Positions 8,944-18,015 of a DNA stretch of 64,000 nucleotides are shown piece after piece; position 1 is the first letter of the stretch, and every line of letters starts with the position of its first letter. This DNA is from Bacteroidales bacterium (GTDB lineage Bacteria > Bacteroidota > Bacteroidia > Bacteroidales > JAADJA01). Below the pieces are notes generated by a model, which worked only from the letters and a program-made list of their open reading frames with translations, made no database searches and was not told the origin of the DNA. A program made the position numbers and the translations under genes. Location of the stretch: NCBI GenBank assembly GCA_021740645.1, contig JAIOZL010000022.1:2806-66805 (forward strand), in the 5' to 3' direction.

Positions 8944-10137
8944 TTAAATCAAGCCTTTCAAACAAGATTCTATTTTTTCAAAAGTCTGATGAATATTATT
9001 GTCCAGGCCAACTGAAAACCGCACTAAACCTTCCGACATTCCCATTTCTTTTTGCAATTGCTCAGGAACCTCTGAAGAAGTACTTTTTCCAGAACAGCTA
9101 AATAAGGTTTTAAAATAACCCAGGCTTACTGCAAGGTACCCCACTCCCGCATCTTCCATTTTTTCCATAAGTAAATTGGCTCTCTTATTAGTTTCCATGT
9201 CAATGGCAAGAATTCCTCCAAAACCAAAACCAGGATTCATCATTTGCTTCATCAGCCCATTGCCCTGGTGATGATTGAGTCCGGGATAAATTACCCGTAA
9301 TCCTGTTTCCGTAAATTTCTCAGCCAGATATAGGGCATTTTGTGAGTGTTGTTTCATTCTCAAGTGCAATGTATGCAGATTTTTAAGGATTTGTGAAGAA
9401 CGGAGGGGATCCAAGACGGGCCCCAGCAGCATCGACGTTCCCTTATTTACATCAATCAAGGAATCTATAAAATCCACCGATCCGCAAATCGCGCCAGCTA
9501 CAAGGTCATTTTTACCGTTTACAAATTTCGTAAGGCTATATATAGTAACGTCAGCGCCTAATCTTGTAGGAGTAATGATCATGGGGGTAAAGGTGTTATC
9601 AACCACTAATTTAATATGATGCTTATGGGCTATTTCAGCTAACTTTGGGATATCTGAAACCACCAGCATAGGGTTGGTCATCGACTCCGTATAAATGATC
9701 TTTGTATTCGGTCGGATGGCATTTTCAACTGCCTCCAAATTAGAAATATCCACAAATGTGGATTGGATATTAAATTTGGGAAGATAATTGGCCAATAGTG
9801 CATAAGTACCTCCGTAAGTGGTCATACTGGAAATGATATGATCACCTGCATTGCATATTTGCATTATTGTATTGCTAATTGCTGCCATCCCGGAGGAAGT
9901 AACCCAGGCGGCCGGAGTTGACTCCATTGCTGCTAAAGCATCTGCCAGGTACTTATTGCTGGGATTCCAGTGCCGTGAATATAAAAAGCATCCTTTTTCT
10001 TCACCACTAAAGGTTTCGAGCATAGTATTGGCCTGCATGAAGGTAAATGTAGCCGAATCCGTTATACTTGGATTAACATCACCGAATTCGCCAAATTGTA
10101 ATAAATTCTGAATATTTACTGCCGGATCAAATTTCAT
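8944..10137 (-). CDS. Cys/Met-metabolism PLP-dependent enzyme (methionine gamma-lyase / trans-sulfuration family)
   Basis: PLP-lysine block YSLTKFVNGKND. Start moved to the internal ATG at 10137 (MKFDPAV...), because the 50 upstream codons of the track ORF are low-complexity I/Y/F translation of AT-rich spacer. Confidence 0.7.
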   Translation of the reverse strand: MKFDPAVNIQNLLQFGEFGDVNPSITDSATFTFMQANTMLETFSGEEKGCFLYSRHWNPSNKYLADALAAMESTPAAWVTSSGMAAISNTIMQICNAGDHIISSMTTYGGTYALLANYLPKFNIQSTFVDISNLEAVENAIRPNTKIIYTESMTNPMLVVSDIPKLAEIAHKHHIKLVVDNTFTPMIITPTRLGADVTIYSLTKFVNGKNDLVAGAICGSVDFIDSLIDVNKGTSMLLGPVLDPLRSSQILKNLHTLHLRMKQHSQNALYLAEKFTETGLRVIYPGLNHHQGNGLMKQMMNPGFGFGGILAIDMETNKRANLLMEKMEDAGVGYLAVSLGYFKTLFSCSGKSTSSEVPEQLQKEMGMSEGLVRFSVGLDNNIHQTFEKIESCLKGLI

Positions 10138-10269
10138 AATAATATTGTTAATTTTTGATGCAAAACTATAAATGATAATGAATATGTAAGTATAATAAGT
10201 TGTAATTTTCGAATATTGTAAATAGATTTGTATAATATTTGAAATTATGTAAATAAAAAATAATAAATT

Positions 10270-10746
10270 ATGGCAACCCACTTTCATCTTGATAGTTTAG
10301 ATAAACGCATACTAACTATCCTTATGGCAAATGCCCGGATGCCATTTTTAGAGGTCGCACGTCAATGTGGTGTATCAGGCGCTGCAATTCACCAACGGGT
10401 TCAAAAAATGGTTGACGAAAAAGCAATCAGCGGGTCACAGTTTACCATGAATCCTTCAGGGATCGGATTTTTAACTTGTGCATTTGTGGGCATACAGGTG
10501 AACCTAACGAAAGATACTACACATGAAGAGGTTTTTCAGAAAATTAAAGAAATACCTGAAATAGTTGAATGTCATCATATCACAGGCAAATACTCCCTTT
10601 TATTAAAAATATATACAAGAAATAATGAACACCTCAAGCAAATCCTTGTGGAAAAAATTCAATCAATCCGCGAGATAATAAGTACAGAAACATTAATTTC
10701 GCTTGAAGAAGGATTTACCCGACAATTGCCGGTTGAAAAATTATAG
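10270..10746 (+). CDS. Lrp/AsnC family transcriptional regulator
   Basis: 158 aa. LDKRILTILMANARMPFLEVARQCGVSGAAIHQRV HTH followed by a C-terminal RAM/AsnC_trans_reg domain. Divergent from the PLP enzyme. Confidence 0.85.
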   Translation: MATHFHLDSLDKRILTILMANARMPFLEVARQCGVSGAAIHQRVQKMVDEKAISGSQFTMNPSGIGFLTCAFVGIQVNLTKDTTHEEVFQKIKEIPEIVECHHITGKYSLLLKIYTRNNEHLKQILVEKIQSIREIISTETLISLEEGFTRQLPVEKL

Positions 10747-10769
10747 TTTAATTAATTCCCCTAAGGAAG

Positions 10770-12296
10770 ATGAAAAAATACTTAACGTCAGGATTGATTT
10801 CACTGATTTTGCTTCTCATTCCTTTTTATGTTAATGCCCAGGAAAAGGAATATTATCAAGCGCTTAAAACCTACATTCAGAAAGGGAACGAACTTTTTGA
10901 TATGCCAGGAATGGCTATAGGAATTTATAAAGATGGAAAAATTGTTTTTGCTGAAGGATTTGGGAGAAGAAACGCGCTGGAAAAAGAAAAGGTTGACCCC
11001 GAAACCGTATTTGCCATAGCTTCATGCTCCAAAGCATTTACAGCAGTTTGTATGGCTATACTTGTAGAAGAAGGAAAGTTAAGCTGGACAGATAAAGTAA
11101 TTGATCACTTTCCTGAGTTTAAACTTCATGACCCATATATAACACGTGAAATTGAAGTTCAGGATTTACTTTCTCACCGGTCAGGTCTTCAGACATTTGA
11201 TGGAGATTTACTATGGTACGGTTCAGGTTATTCTAGGCAAGAAATTATTCATCGGATTCAATTTCGTGAAAACCCATATAGTTTTAGAAGCCAATTTGGT
11301 TACCAGAATGTGATGTTTATAGCAGCAGGTGAATTGATTAAAAAAGTAAGTGGCAAAAGCTGGGATGATTTTCTCATGGAAAAAATTCTACTTCCCATTG
11401 ACATGAAATCCACCTCGACAACGAATAAGAATTATACCTCAGCGATGAACGTGGCTATACCCCATAATGATGGGCAACCAATGGATTTTATCAACTATGA
11501 CAATGCCGGTCCTGCTGCATCAATGAATTCCTCGGTAAATGATTTGCTTAAATGGGTTGAATTGCTATTGAATCATGGAACCTATAAGGATAAAGAGATA
11601 TTTTCGGCTGATCAGTATTATAAACTAACCTCATTGCTTACCCCATTAAATGGTGGAAAGGGAGAAAGTATAGGTGAAAGGCATTTCTTTGGCTATGGCC
11701 TCGGATGGTTCCTGGAAGATTACCAGGGAAGAAAAGTAATACAGCACGGTGGAGGTCTGCCTGGTTTTCATTGTAAAGTTGTCCTGGTTCCGGAAGAAAA
11801 CCTTGGCTTCGTTGTTTTGGCAAATCAAATTTCAGGACTGGTTGAAGCCACCTATAAAAAAATCCTCGATTTTTATTTATGTAAAGAAGAAAAAGACTGG
11901 GCTCAATTGTATTATGATAATGCTCAAAAAATGAATTTGAAGACTGAAGAAGAAAAACTAAAAGCTGAAGCTTCAAGAATTAAAGAAACTTTACCATCCC
12001 TCCCATTGGAGAGCTATGCTGGAAAATACACTGACAAAATGTATGGTGACGCAATGATTACGCTGGAGAACGGGAAACTTGCCGTTGAACTTACGCCATC
12101 GAAGCAACTTTTTAATGCAACCCTCAATCACTGGCATTTTGATACTTTTCAGTTTAAATTTAAAGACCCCTTTCTTCCGGAAGGCTATGTAACTTTTTGG
12201 TTAGACAATAAAGGGCAGCCAGAATATTTTACCATAGACCTCGAAAATCCAGACTTTCATTTTTACAAATTAAAATTCGAACGGGTTGAAAAATAG
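10770..12296 (+). CDS. Serine hydrolase, beta-lactamase/transpeptidase-like (class C type), secreted
   Basis: Signal peptide, S-x-x-K motif (ASCSKAF), YQN (Y-x-N) and HGGG motifs, plus an extra C-terminal domain. Confidence 0.8.
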   Translation: MKKYLTSGLISLILLLIPFYVNAQEKEYYQALKTYIQKGNELFDMPGMAIGIYKDGKIVFAEGFGRRNALEKEKVDPETVFAIASCSKAFTAVCMAILVEEGKLSWTDKVIDHFPEFKLHDPYITREIEVQDLLSHRSGLQTFDGDLLWYGSGYSRQEIIHRIQFRENPYSFRSQFGYQNVMFIAAGELIKKVSGKSWDDFLMEKILLPIDMKSTSTTNKNYTSAMNVAIPHNDGQPMDFINYDNAGPAASMNSSVNDLLKWVELLLNHGTYKDKEIFSADQYYKLTSLLTPLNGGKGESIGERHFFGYGLGWFLEDYQGRKVIQHGGGLPGFHCKVVLVPEENLGFVVLANQISGLVEATYKKILDFYLCKEEKDWAQLYYDNAQKMNLKTEEEKLKAEASRIKETLPSLPLESYAGKYTDKMYGDAMITLENGKLAVELTPSKQLFNATLNHWHFDTFQFKFKDPFLPEGYVTFWLDNKGQPEYFTIDLENPDFHFYKLKFERVEK

Positions 12297-12385
12297 ATTT
12301 GGAATTAAATCTTTTCCAAATAAAATAATTTTGAAAAAATGGCACAAGAGTTGATTTAAAATTTATCTTTATAAAAAATTAAACA

Positions 12386-13204
12386 ATGAAAACACAAATC
12401 ACTTTAAGCCTTTTTATTCTTTTAATTTTTATTGGAAATTCCCTGTTAGGGCAGGATGTTATTTATAAGAGAAACTCAGAAACCATTGTATGTAAGGTAA
12501 AGGAAATAGGTGTTGACCAGATTAAATACACCCTACCAACCTATGGAAACGACTTGCTTTTTAGTATTGATAAAGAAAATGTAAAAAAGATTGTATTTAG
12601 TGATGGCAAAGAAATGAACTTTGAAAAAGAGTTAACTAACCCTGAAAATTATGCAGACAATTATCGAAATGCCATTAAGGTTGACTTTATTTCACCACTT
12701 ACCGGTAATACAACATTTTCATTTGAACGAAGTATTAAACCAGGCCATAGCTGGGAAGCTTCCTTAGGATTTATTGGTTTGGGTACCAACGAACGGGATA
12801 GGGATGCCGCCGGGTTTTTCACTAAAATTGGATATAAATTTATTAAAAGCCCTGATTTTTATCTCAGAGGTATGAGGTATGCACATATTCTAAAAGGTGG
12901 CTATGTAAAACCAGAACTGATCATAGGATATTATTCGGCTAATTTTGATAGATATGACTATTCAAATTATAATTACACATACTACAACGAGCGGAGAGAT
13001 GTTTTAACTGGCGGAATATTAATTAACCTGGGGAAACAATGGATTTATTCAAATTCCTTCCTCGTTGACATTTATGGTGGTGTAGGTTATGGTTTTGATT
13101 CAGATAATGAAGGTGAGAGTTACCATTATGGACATATTGTAGCGGGTGAAGATGTACCTTTGAGCCTTTCGGCAGGTTTTAAAATTGGATTTTTATTAAA
13201 GTAA
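12386..13204 (+). CDS. Secreted hypothetical protein, possible beta-barrel
   Basis: Signal peptide. C-terminal half is rich in alternating Gly/aromatic strands. No family motif recognised. Confidence 0.4.
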   Translation: MKTQITLSLFILLIFIGNSLLGQDVIYKRNSETIVCKVKEIGVDQIKYTLPTYGNDLLFSIDKENVKKIVFSDGKEMNFEKELTNPENYADNYRNAIKVDFISPLTGNTTFSFERSIKPGHSWEASLGFIGLGTNERDRDAAGFFTKIGYKFIKSPDFYLRGMRYAHILKGGYVKPELIIGYYSANFDRYDYSNYNYTYYNERRDVLTGGILINLGKQWIYSNSFLVDIYGGVGYGFDSDNEGESYHYGHIVAGEDVPLSLSAGFKIGFLLK

Positions 13205-13223
13205 AGAATATTATTTGACAGAT

Positions 13224-13252
13224 AGGGGAGGTAAATTTATCTCCCTTTTTTT
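13224..13252 (+). terminator. Rho-independent terminator after 12386..13204
   Basis: AGGGGAG / CTCCCTT stem with a 10-nt loop, then a T-run. Abuts the convergent SDR stop. Confidence 0.6.
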
Positions 13253-14027
13253 ATGTCCTTAAATAGGAGGCTCCATTGACATCAATAACACACCCAGTCA
13301 TATAATTTGTCCCCTCAGAGGCAAGGAAAAGAACAACTCTGGCTATTTCATCAGGTTGAGCAACCCGCTTCAAAGGGCTTTGATTTTTAAGTTCTTCGGA
13401 CCTGCTTCCTTGCACCGCAAAAGCTGCCATATCCGTATCCACAAAACCAGGGGCAATAGTATAAACAAAGATGTTGTGTTTCGCAAAAGCCCGGGCAAAT
13501 GACTGGCCAAAAGAATTCATTCCGGCCTTGCTAGCGCCATATGCAGGTGCATCAGGTTCACCCCTGAATGCTCCTCTCGATGAAATATTAATAATTTTAC
13601 ATCCTCCAAGTTCTTTCATTTTTTTGGCCACAAGAAAAGACAAATTTGCTGCCGAATAAAGGTTAGTTTTAATGGTTTTATCCCATGTTTGTTGCCATTT
13701 TTCGTAGGATAGATTAATAATATCAAATTCTTCATATACTCCGGCATTATTTACAAGGATATCTATCCGTCCAAATTTCTCAAAGCAATTTTCTATCAGA
13801 GTTTCAACTTCCTTCGGATCTGATATATCAGCCTTGAATATTGAATGGTCATTTCCTGGCAATTTCTGTAAAACATCTGCTGCTTTTTTCTCAGCATTCA
13901 CATAATGAATAGCCACTTTCGCATTGGCATGGGCAAACATTAGGGCAGTTTCCTTACCGATCCCCCTTGAAGAACCTGTTACTAACACAACTTTACCTTC
14001 AAAATTAAATTTAATTGAATCGTTCAT
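13251..14027 (-). CDS. SDR family oxidoreductase (FabG-like)
   Basis: TGSSRGIGK cofactor motif, NNAG, and YGASKAG catalytic Y-x-x-x-K. Confidence 0.85.
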   Translation of the reverse strand: MNDSIKFNFEGKVVLVTGSSRGIGKETALMFAHANAKVAIHYVNAEKKAADVLQKLPGNDHSIFKADISDPKEVETLIENCFEKFGRIDILVNNAGVYEEFDIINLSYEKWQQTWDKTIKTNLYSAANLSFLVAKKMKELGGCKIINISSRGAFRGEPDAPAYGASKAGMNSFGQSFARAFAKHNIFVYTIAPGFVDTDMAAFAVQGSRSEELKNQSPLKRVAQPDEIARVVLFLASEGTNYMTGCVIDVNGASYLRT

Positions 14028-14034
14028 ATTACCT

Positions 14035-14949
14035 TCAAATTATCTGAACGCCCTGGTTTGACGTAAATGTTTGGATGGTGGTTTTATAACTTGGATTAGA
14101 AGAAAATGCCGTGTCCATATAATCGGCTATTTCTTTTTGTCTTTCCTCAGGACAAAAGGCAATTACGGATGAACCTCCCCCACTGATCGTACATCCATAG
14201 GCTCCCATTTCAATCACTTTATCTTTTATCCCCCAGTACCCTGGTATAGCTGCCCCTCGGACAGGTTCATGGATATAATCCACACTCAGTGCTTTTCCAA
14301 ATTCAACAAGATCAGCAGTATGGATTGCATGAATAATCCTGGAACATCTTGCCATTTGAGCTTTCAACTTCTCCTGCCCTATTTCATAAGTTATAAAACC
14401 TCTTGTAGTTCGCTGGCTTTTAGTAATGGCAGATATAACTACAGGAATGCGGGGTAGTTCAAGTTTCAAAACATCTATAGGGTTATAGTCTTTAACAAGG
14501 ACGAACCCCCCCAATAGTGCGGCTGCAACATTATCAGCGTGAGGAGAACCCCCAGAAGCAACTTCTCCTCTTCGTGCAAAATCAATCATTTCATTATTCG
14601 ACATTTTCAGGTCAAACAAATAGTTTAGCCCAAAAACAGTAGCGGCTGCACTGGCTCCGGTCGTTCCCATCCCTCCACCTGAACTGATCTTTTTTCCTAT
14701 AGTTATGAGTAATCCGGTATCAATTTTTTTTGCATTCAAAAGCTCTGAAGCTGCCAGACCTGCTGTATTATCTTTTGGGTCAGTGGGTATATTCTGAATA
14801 TTGTTGATAACCTCAATTTTGATTCCTTTTGAATCTGTTAGGGATAATTGAATTTCATCGTAAGGATATTCAAGTGCAAGGGCAAAAATATCATAGCCCG
14901 GCCCGACATTAGCACTGGTAGCCGGCCCCTTTACCGTTACCGACCTCAT
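14035..14949 (-). CDS. thrB: GHMP kinase, homoserine kinase-like
   Basis: N-terminal PATSANVGPGYDIFALAL and GHMP P-loop SSGGGMGTTGASAAA. TGA stop. 4-nt overlap with the upstream gene. Confidence 0.7.
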   Translation of the reverse strand: MRSVTVKGPATSANVGPGYDIFALALEYPYDEIQLSLTDSKGIKIEVINNIQNIPTDPKDNTAGLAASELLNAKKIDTGLLITIGKKISSGGGMGTTGASAAATVFGLNYLFDLKMSNNEMIDFARRGEVASGGSPHADNVAAALLGGFVLVKDYNPIDVLKLELPRIPVVISAITKSQRTTRGFITYEIGQEKLKAQMARCSRIIHAIHTADLVEFGKALSVDYIHEPVRGAAIPGYWGIKDKVIEMGAYGCTISGGGSSVIAFCPEERQKEIADYMDTAFSSNPSYKTTIQTFTSNQGVQII

Positions 14950-15824
14950 ACCAAACCTCTCTCTTTCATTATTGAATAAAGCAATGAGGATTTAGATTCG
15001 GACAACGGAGCAAGTGGTGGCCGCAGCGTTCCGTTGATCAAGCCCATATATTCCAGGGCCTTTTTAGCAGCCATCGGATTTGATTCGAAACGTAAGGCTT
15101 CAAATAAGCTGTAATATTGAATATGATATTGATTGGCTTCTTCATTTTTACCCTTTAAGGCAAGGTTAATCATGTTTCCCATAACCTCAGGGACAACATT
15201 CCCGGCCACAGAAAAGGATCCCGCTCCTCCAAAGGCAACCGTTGGAAAAGCCGTTGTATCTTTTCCAGTAAATACCAGGAAATCATCATCACGGGTCAGG
15301 TAGATTAATTTGGCAAGATGATCCAACTCTTTTTTACCATCCTTTGTAGCTATAATATTTGGATGCTTAGCCAGTTCTGCAGTCATTTCCGGAGTCAACT
15401 CTACCCCTGTTCTCGATTTTGAACTGTGCAGTATTAATGGTATTGGAGAAGAGTCTGCAAGTTGGATATAATATCTTTTAAGATCATCCGGCCTGGGAAG
15501 GATTAAATATGGGGTAAAGGCTACGACGTAATCCGCTCCAAGATCTGCATATAGTTTTGCCCTGTCGATAGATTCTTCTGTACCCATTAAACAAATATCC
15601 GGCAGAACAGCTTTTTTCCCTGCAGATTCTTCCACTATGATTTGAACAACCCGCTTAACTTCATTAGTTGTCATTAAGGAATTTTCTCCTGTTACCCCCA
15701 AAGGAGCTATTCCTGCAATATCTGATTCAAGTTGTTTTCTTACAAGATTTCTTAAAGCATCTTCATCAAGTGAATAATCTTCTTTAAATGGGGTTATTAG
15801 TAATGTATATGCGCCTTTTTTCAT
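14946..15824 (-). CDS. DapA/N-acetylneuraminate-lyase family Schiff-base aldolase (dihydrodipicolinate synthase-like)
   Basis: GVTGEN (GTTGE-type), FTPY, and candidate Schiff-base Lys in IIATKDG. 292 aa. Confidence 0.7.
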   Translation of the reverse strand: MKKGAYTLLITPFKEDYSLDEDALRNLVRKQLESDIAGIAPLGVTGENSLMTTNEVKRVVQIIVEESAGKKAVLPDICLMGTEESIDRAKLYADLGADYVVAFTPYLILPRPDDLKRYYIQLADSSPIPLILHSSKSRTGVELTPEMTAELAKHPNIIATKDGKKELDHLAKLIYLTRDDDFLVFTGKDTTAFPTVAFGGAGSFSVAGNVVPEVMGNMINLALKGKNEEANQYHIQYYSLFEALRFESNPMAAKKALEYMGLINGTLRPPLAPLSESKSSLLYSIMKERGLV

Positions 15825-16199
15825 TATTTTGCGTTTTAACGTCCTTTAATTTTTTCTGAATATTAAAATGTTTTTAACAGAACTATTTGATAGAAAGAAT
15901 TATTGCAAAGGTCGGTATTTGAAATTTCAGAGGCAAATATTATATTATTTTGTAAAATAATTGTAAAACCAGAATGATAGATTTAAAATTTTTACATTTT
16001 TGCAAGATGACTCCTTTAACAGACTTGTATTCATTTTTAAAACACGAACTATTTTTTTATTAATTTAGCCTTTTAGAGTGGAACTATCAAAAAATTTCAT
16101 TTTGATTCCAAAGTGCTCACTTATATTCAATCTGTTATGAAAGAAATGCATCAAACCAAAAACAAACAATAGAATAAAGGAGTTAAGAAGAAGTTACTT

Positions 16200-18011
16200 A
16201 TGAAGACAAAAAATAAGGAATCCCTGAAAAAAAAACCACTAGTTATAAATGAGCTTATCGGGCTTATTGAATCAGGAAAACCAATTCCTGCAGACCAAAT
16301 CGGCACTATTAAGAAAATTCTAACTAGCTATGATGAATACATTGATACCGATGGTGAAAAATCTCTAAATGAAATATTTAAGGTTACGAGTGATGCAATT
16401 TGGGAATGGGATGCTAAAAGTAATAATGTGAAATTTTCTGATCAGTTAAGAAATCAATTAGGCTATGGCCCAAATGAGAAAATCAACAACTTCGATTTCC
16501 TGCAAAAGCTTTTTCATCCTGAGGATAAGACCAGGGTTTTAAAAAATTTGGTGGATTACTTTAAGAATCCTGTAGGGATTTTGACTTTTGAACTCAGGCT
16601 TAAACATAAAGACGGGTCTTACAGGTGGGTAAGAAATAAGGCCCTTGCTAATGTAGGTGAAAATAACAGGGTAATACGAATGATCGGATCGCAAACTGAT
16701 ATCACCATTCAAAAAGAATACGAAGAGGACTTAATCAGAAGTGAACTAAAATACAGATTACTAGTTGAGCATCAAACTGATCTAATTGTAAAAGTTGATG
16801 TGGAAGGCAGGTTTCTTTTTGTTAGCCCTTCCTATTGCGATATTTTTGGGAAAAGTGAAATTGAACTTTTGGGCAATAAGTTTATGCCATTGGTTCATGA
16901 AGATGATCGTGAACCCACAGAAACAGCAATGAAAAATCTTTATAAAGAGCCCTATAATTGCTTCATTGAACAGCGGGCTTTTACCAAAAACGGATGGGAA
17001 TGGATAGCCTGGCAAGACACAGCCATCCTCAACGATAAAAAAGAGGTGATTGAGATTATTGGTGTGGGGCGCATTATTACTGAAAGAAAAAAAGCTGAAG
17101 AGGAACTGAAAGAAAGTCAGAAAAAACTTAAAAATATTATTGAAAATAGTTCGAACATATTTTATTCGCATAATACCAATCATGTTATTACGTATTTAAG
17201 TCCTCAGGTGAACGACATCCTAGGATATTCGCCAGAGGAAGCCATGATCGAATGGATGAATTTAACCACAAAGAATGCCATTAACGAAATTGGCTTTCAA
17301 TTAACTAAAGAAGCAATTAAAACCGGTAAAGTACAAAGGACATATGAACTGGAACTACTGCATAAATCAGGTAGAAAAGTATGGGTAGAAGTGAGAGAAG
17401 CACCTGTTGTAATAAATGGGGAAACTGTGGAAATAGTAGGAGCATTAAGCGATATCACGGAGAGGAAAAAAGCAGAAATAGCACTTAGGGACAGTGAAAG
17501 TAAGAACCGGGCATTGTCAGAAGCTACATTTGAAGCGCTATTTTTTACTGAAAAAGGAATTTGTATTGAATGCAATGCAGCTTCATCCCGTTTATTTGAC
17601 TATACCTACGACGAATTGGTAGGAATGGATGGAACTAATTTGATCGCTCCTGAATTTAAAGAGCAGGTAGAAAATAATATGTTGGGTGGCTATGAAGAAC
17701 CTTATGAAGCTTTGGCCATGAAAAAAGACGGAACAAAATTTTGGGCAGAATTTCATGGACAAATGTACATTTATCGTGGAAAAATTGTTAGGGTCACATC
17801 CATCAAAGATATTTCCGAAAGAAAAACGAATGAAGAGGAACTTAAAAAGTACCGTGAACAGCTTGAAGAAGTGGTGAAAGAAAGAACAATTGAGTTAGAA
17901 GAAAAAAATAAACAGCTCGAAAGAATGAATAATTTATTTGTTGGCCGTGAATTTAGAATTAAAGAATTAAAAGATAAGGTGAAGGAACTTGAAAAAAAAT
18001 CATCAAGTTAG
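16200..18011 (+). CDS. Multi-PAS/PAC sensor protein with no output domain; C-terminal coiled coil
   Basis: 603 aa. Repeated PAS-PAC modules, each ending in D-I-T/S-E-R-K. Ends 5 nt before the ATG of the histidine kinase. Confidence 0.75.
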   Translation: MKTKNKESLKKKPLVINELIGLIESGKPIPADQIGTIKKILTSYDEYIDTDGEKSLNEIFKVTSDAIWEWDAKSNNVKFSDQLRNQLGYGPNEKINNFDFLQKLFHPEDKTRVLKNLVDYFKNPVGILTFELRLKHKDGSYRWVRNKALANVGENNRVIRMIGSQTDITIQKEYEEDLIRSELKYRLLVEHQTDLIVKVDVEGRFLFVSPSYCDIFGKSEIELLGNKFMPLVHEDDREPTETAMKNLYKEPYNCFIEQRAFTKNGWEWIAWQDTAILNDKKEVIEIIGVGRIITERKKAEEELKESQKKLKNIIENSSNIFYSHNTNHVITYLSPQVNDILGYSPEEAMIEWMNLTTKNAINEIGFQLTKEAIKTGKVQRTYELELLHKSGRKVWVEVREAPVVINGETVEIVGALSDITERKKAEIALRDSESKNRALSEATFEALFFTEKGICIECNAASSRLFDYTYDELVGMDGTNLIAPEFKEQVENNMLGGYEEPYEALAMKKDGTKFWAEFHGQMYIYRGKIVRVTSIKDISERKTNEEELKKYREQLEEVVKERTIELEEKNKQLERMNNLFVGREFRIKELKDKVKELEKKSSS

Positions 18012-18015
18012 TTTT

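Noticed and set aside
8944-10137. The unusual TKFVNGKND block (Lys instead of the usual His after the PLP lysine) in the Cys/Met PLP enzyme might indicate novel chemistry.
   Set aside because: This is a single-residue deviation judged from memory of the family consensus. It cannot be evaluated without an alignment.
10138-10287. N-terminal extensions in track ORFs: 8944..10287 here, and similarly 43014, 51241, 56085, 60171 and 17989.
   Set aside because: The extra codons translate AT-rich spacer, repeat tracts or a terminator, or rely on TTG starts. Internal ATGs coincide with the conserved N-termini or signal peptides, so shorter models were used.
15825-16199. Short ORFs in the 375-nt spacer upstream of the PAS gene (29-aa MIDLKF..., 11-aa MKEMHQTKNKQ) might be leader peptides.
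   Set aside because: No conserved features, attenuator structures or coding-like composition could be supported from sequence alone.
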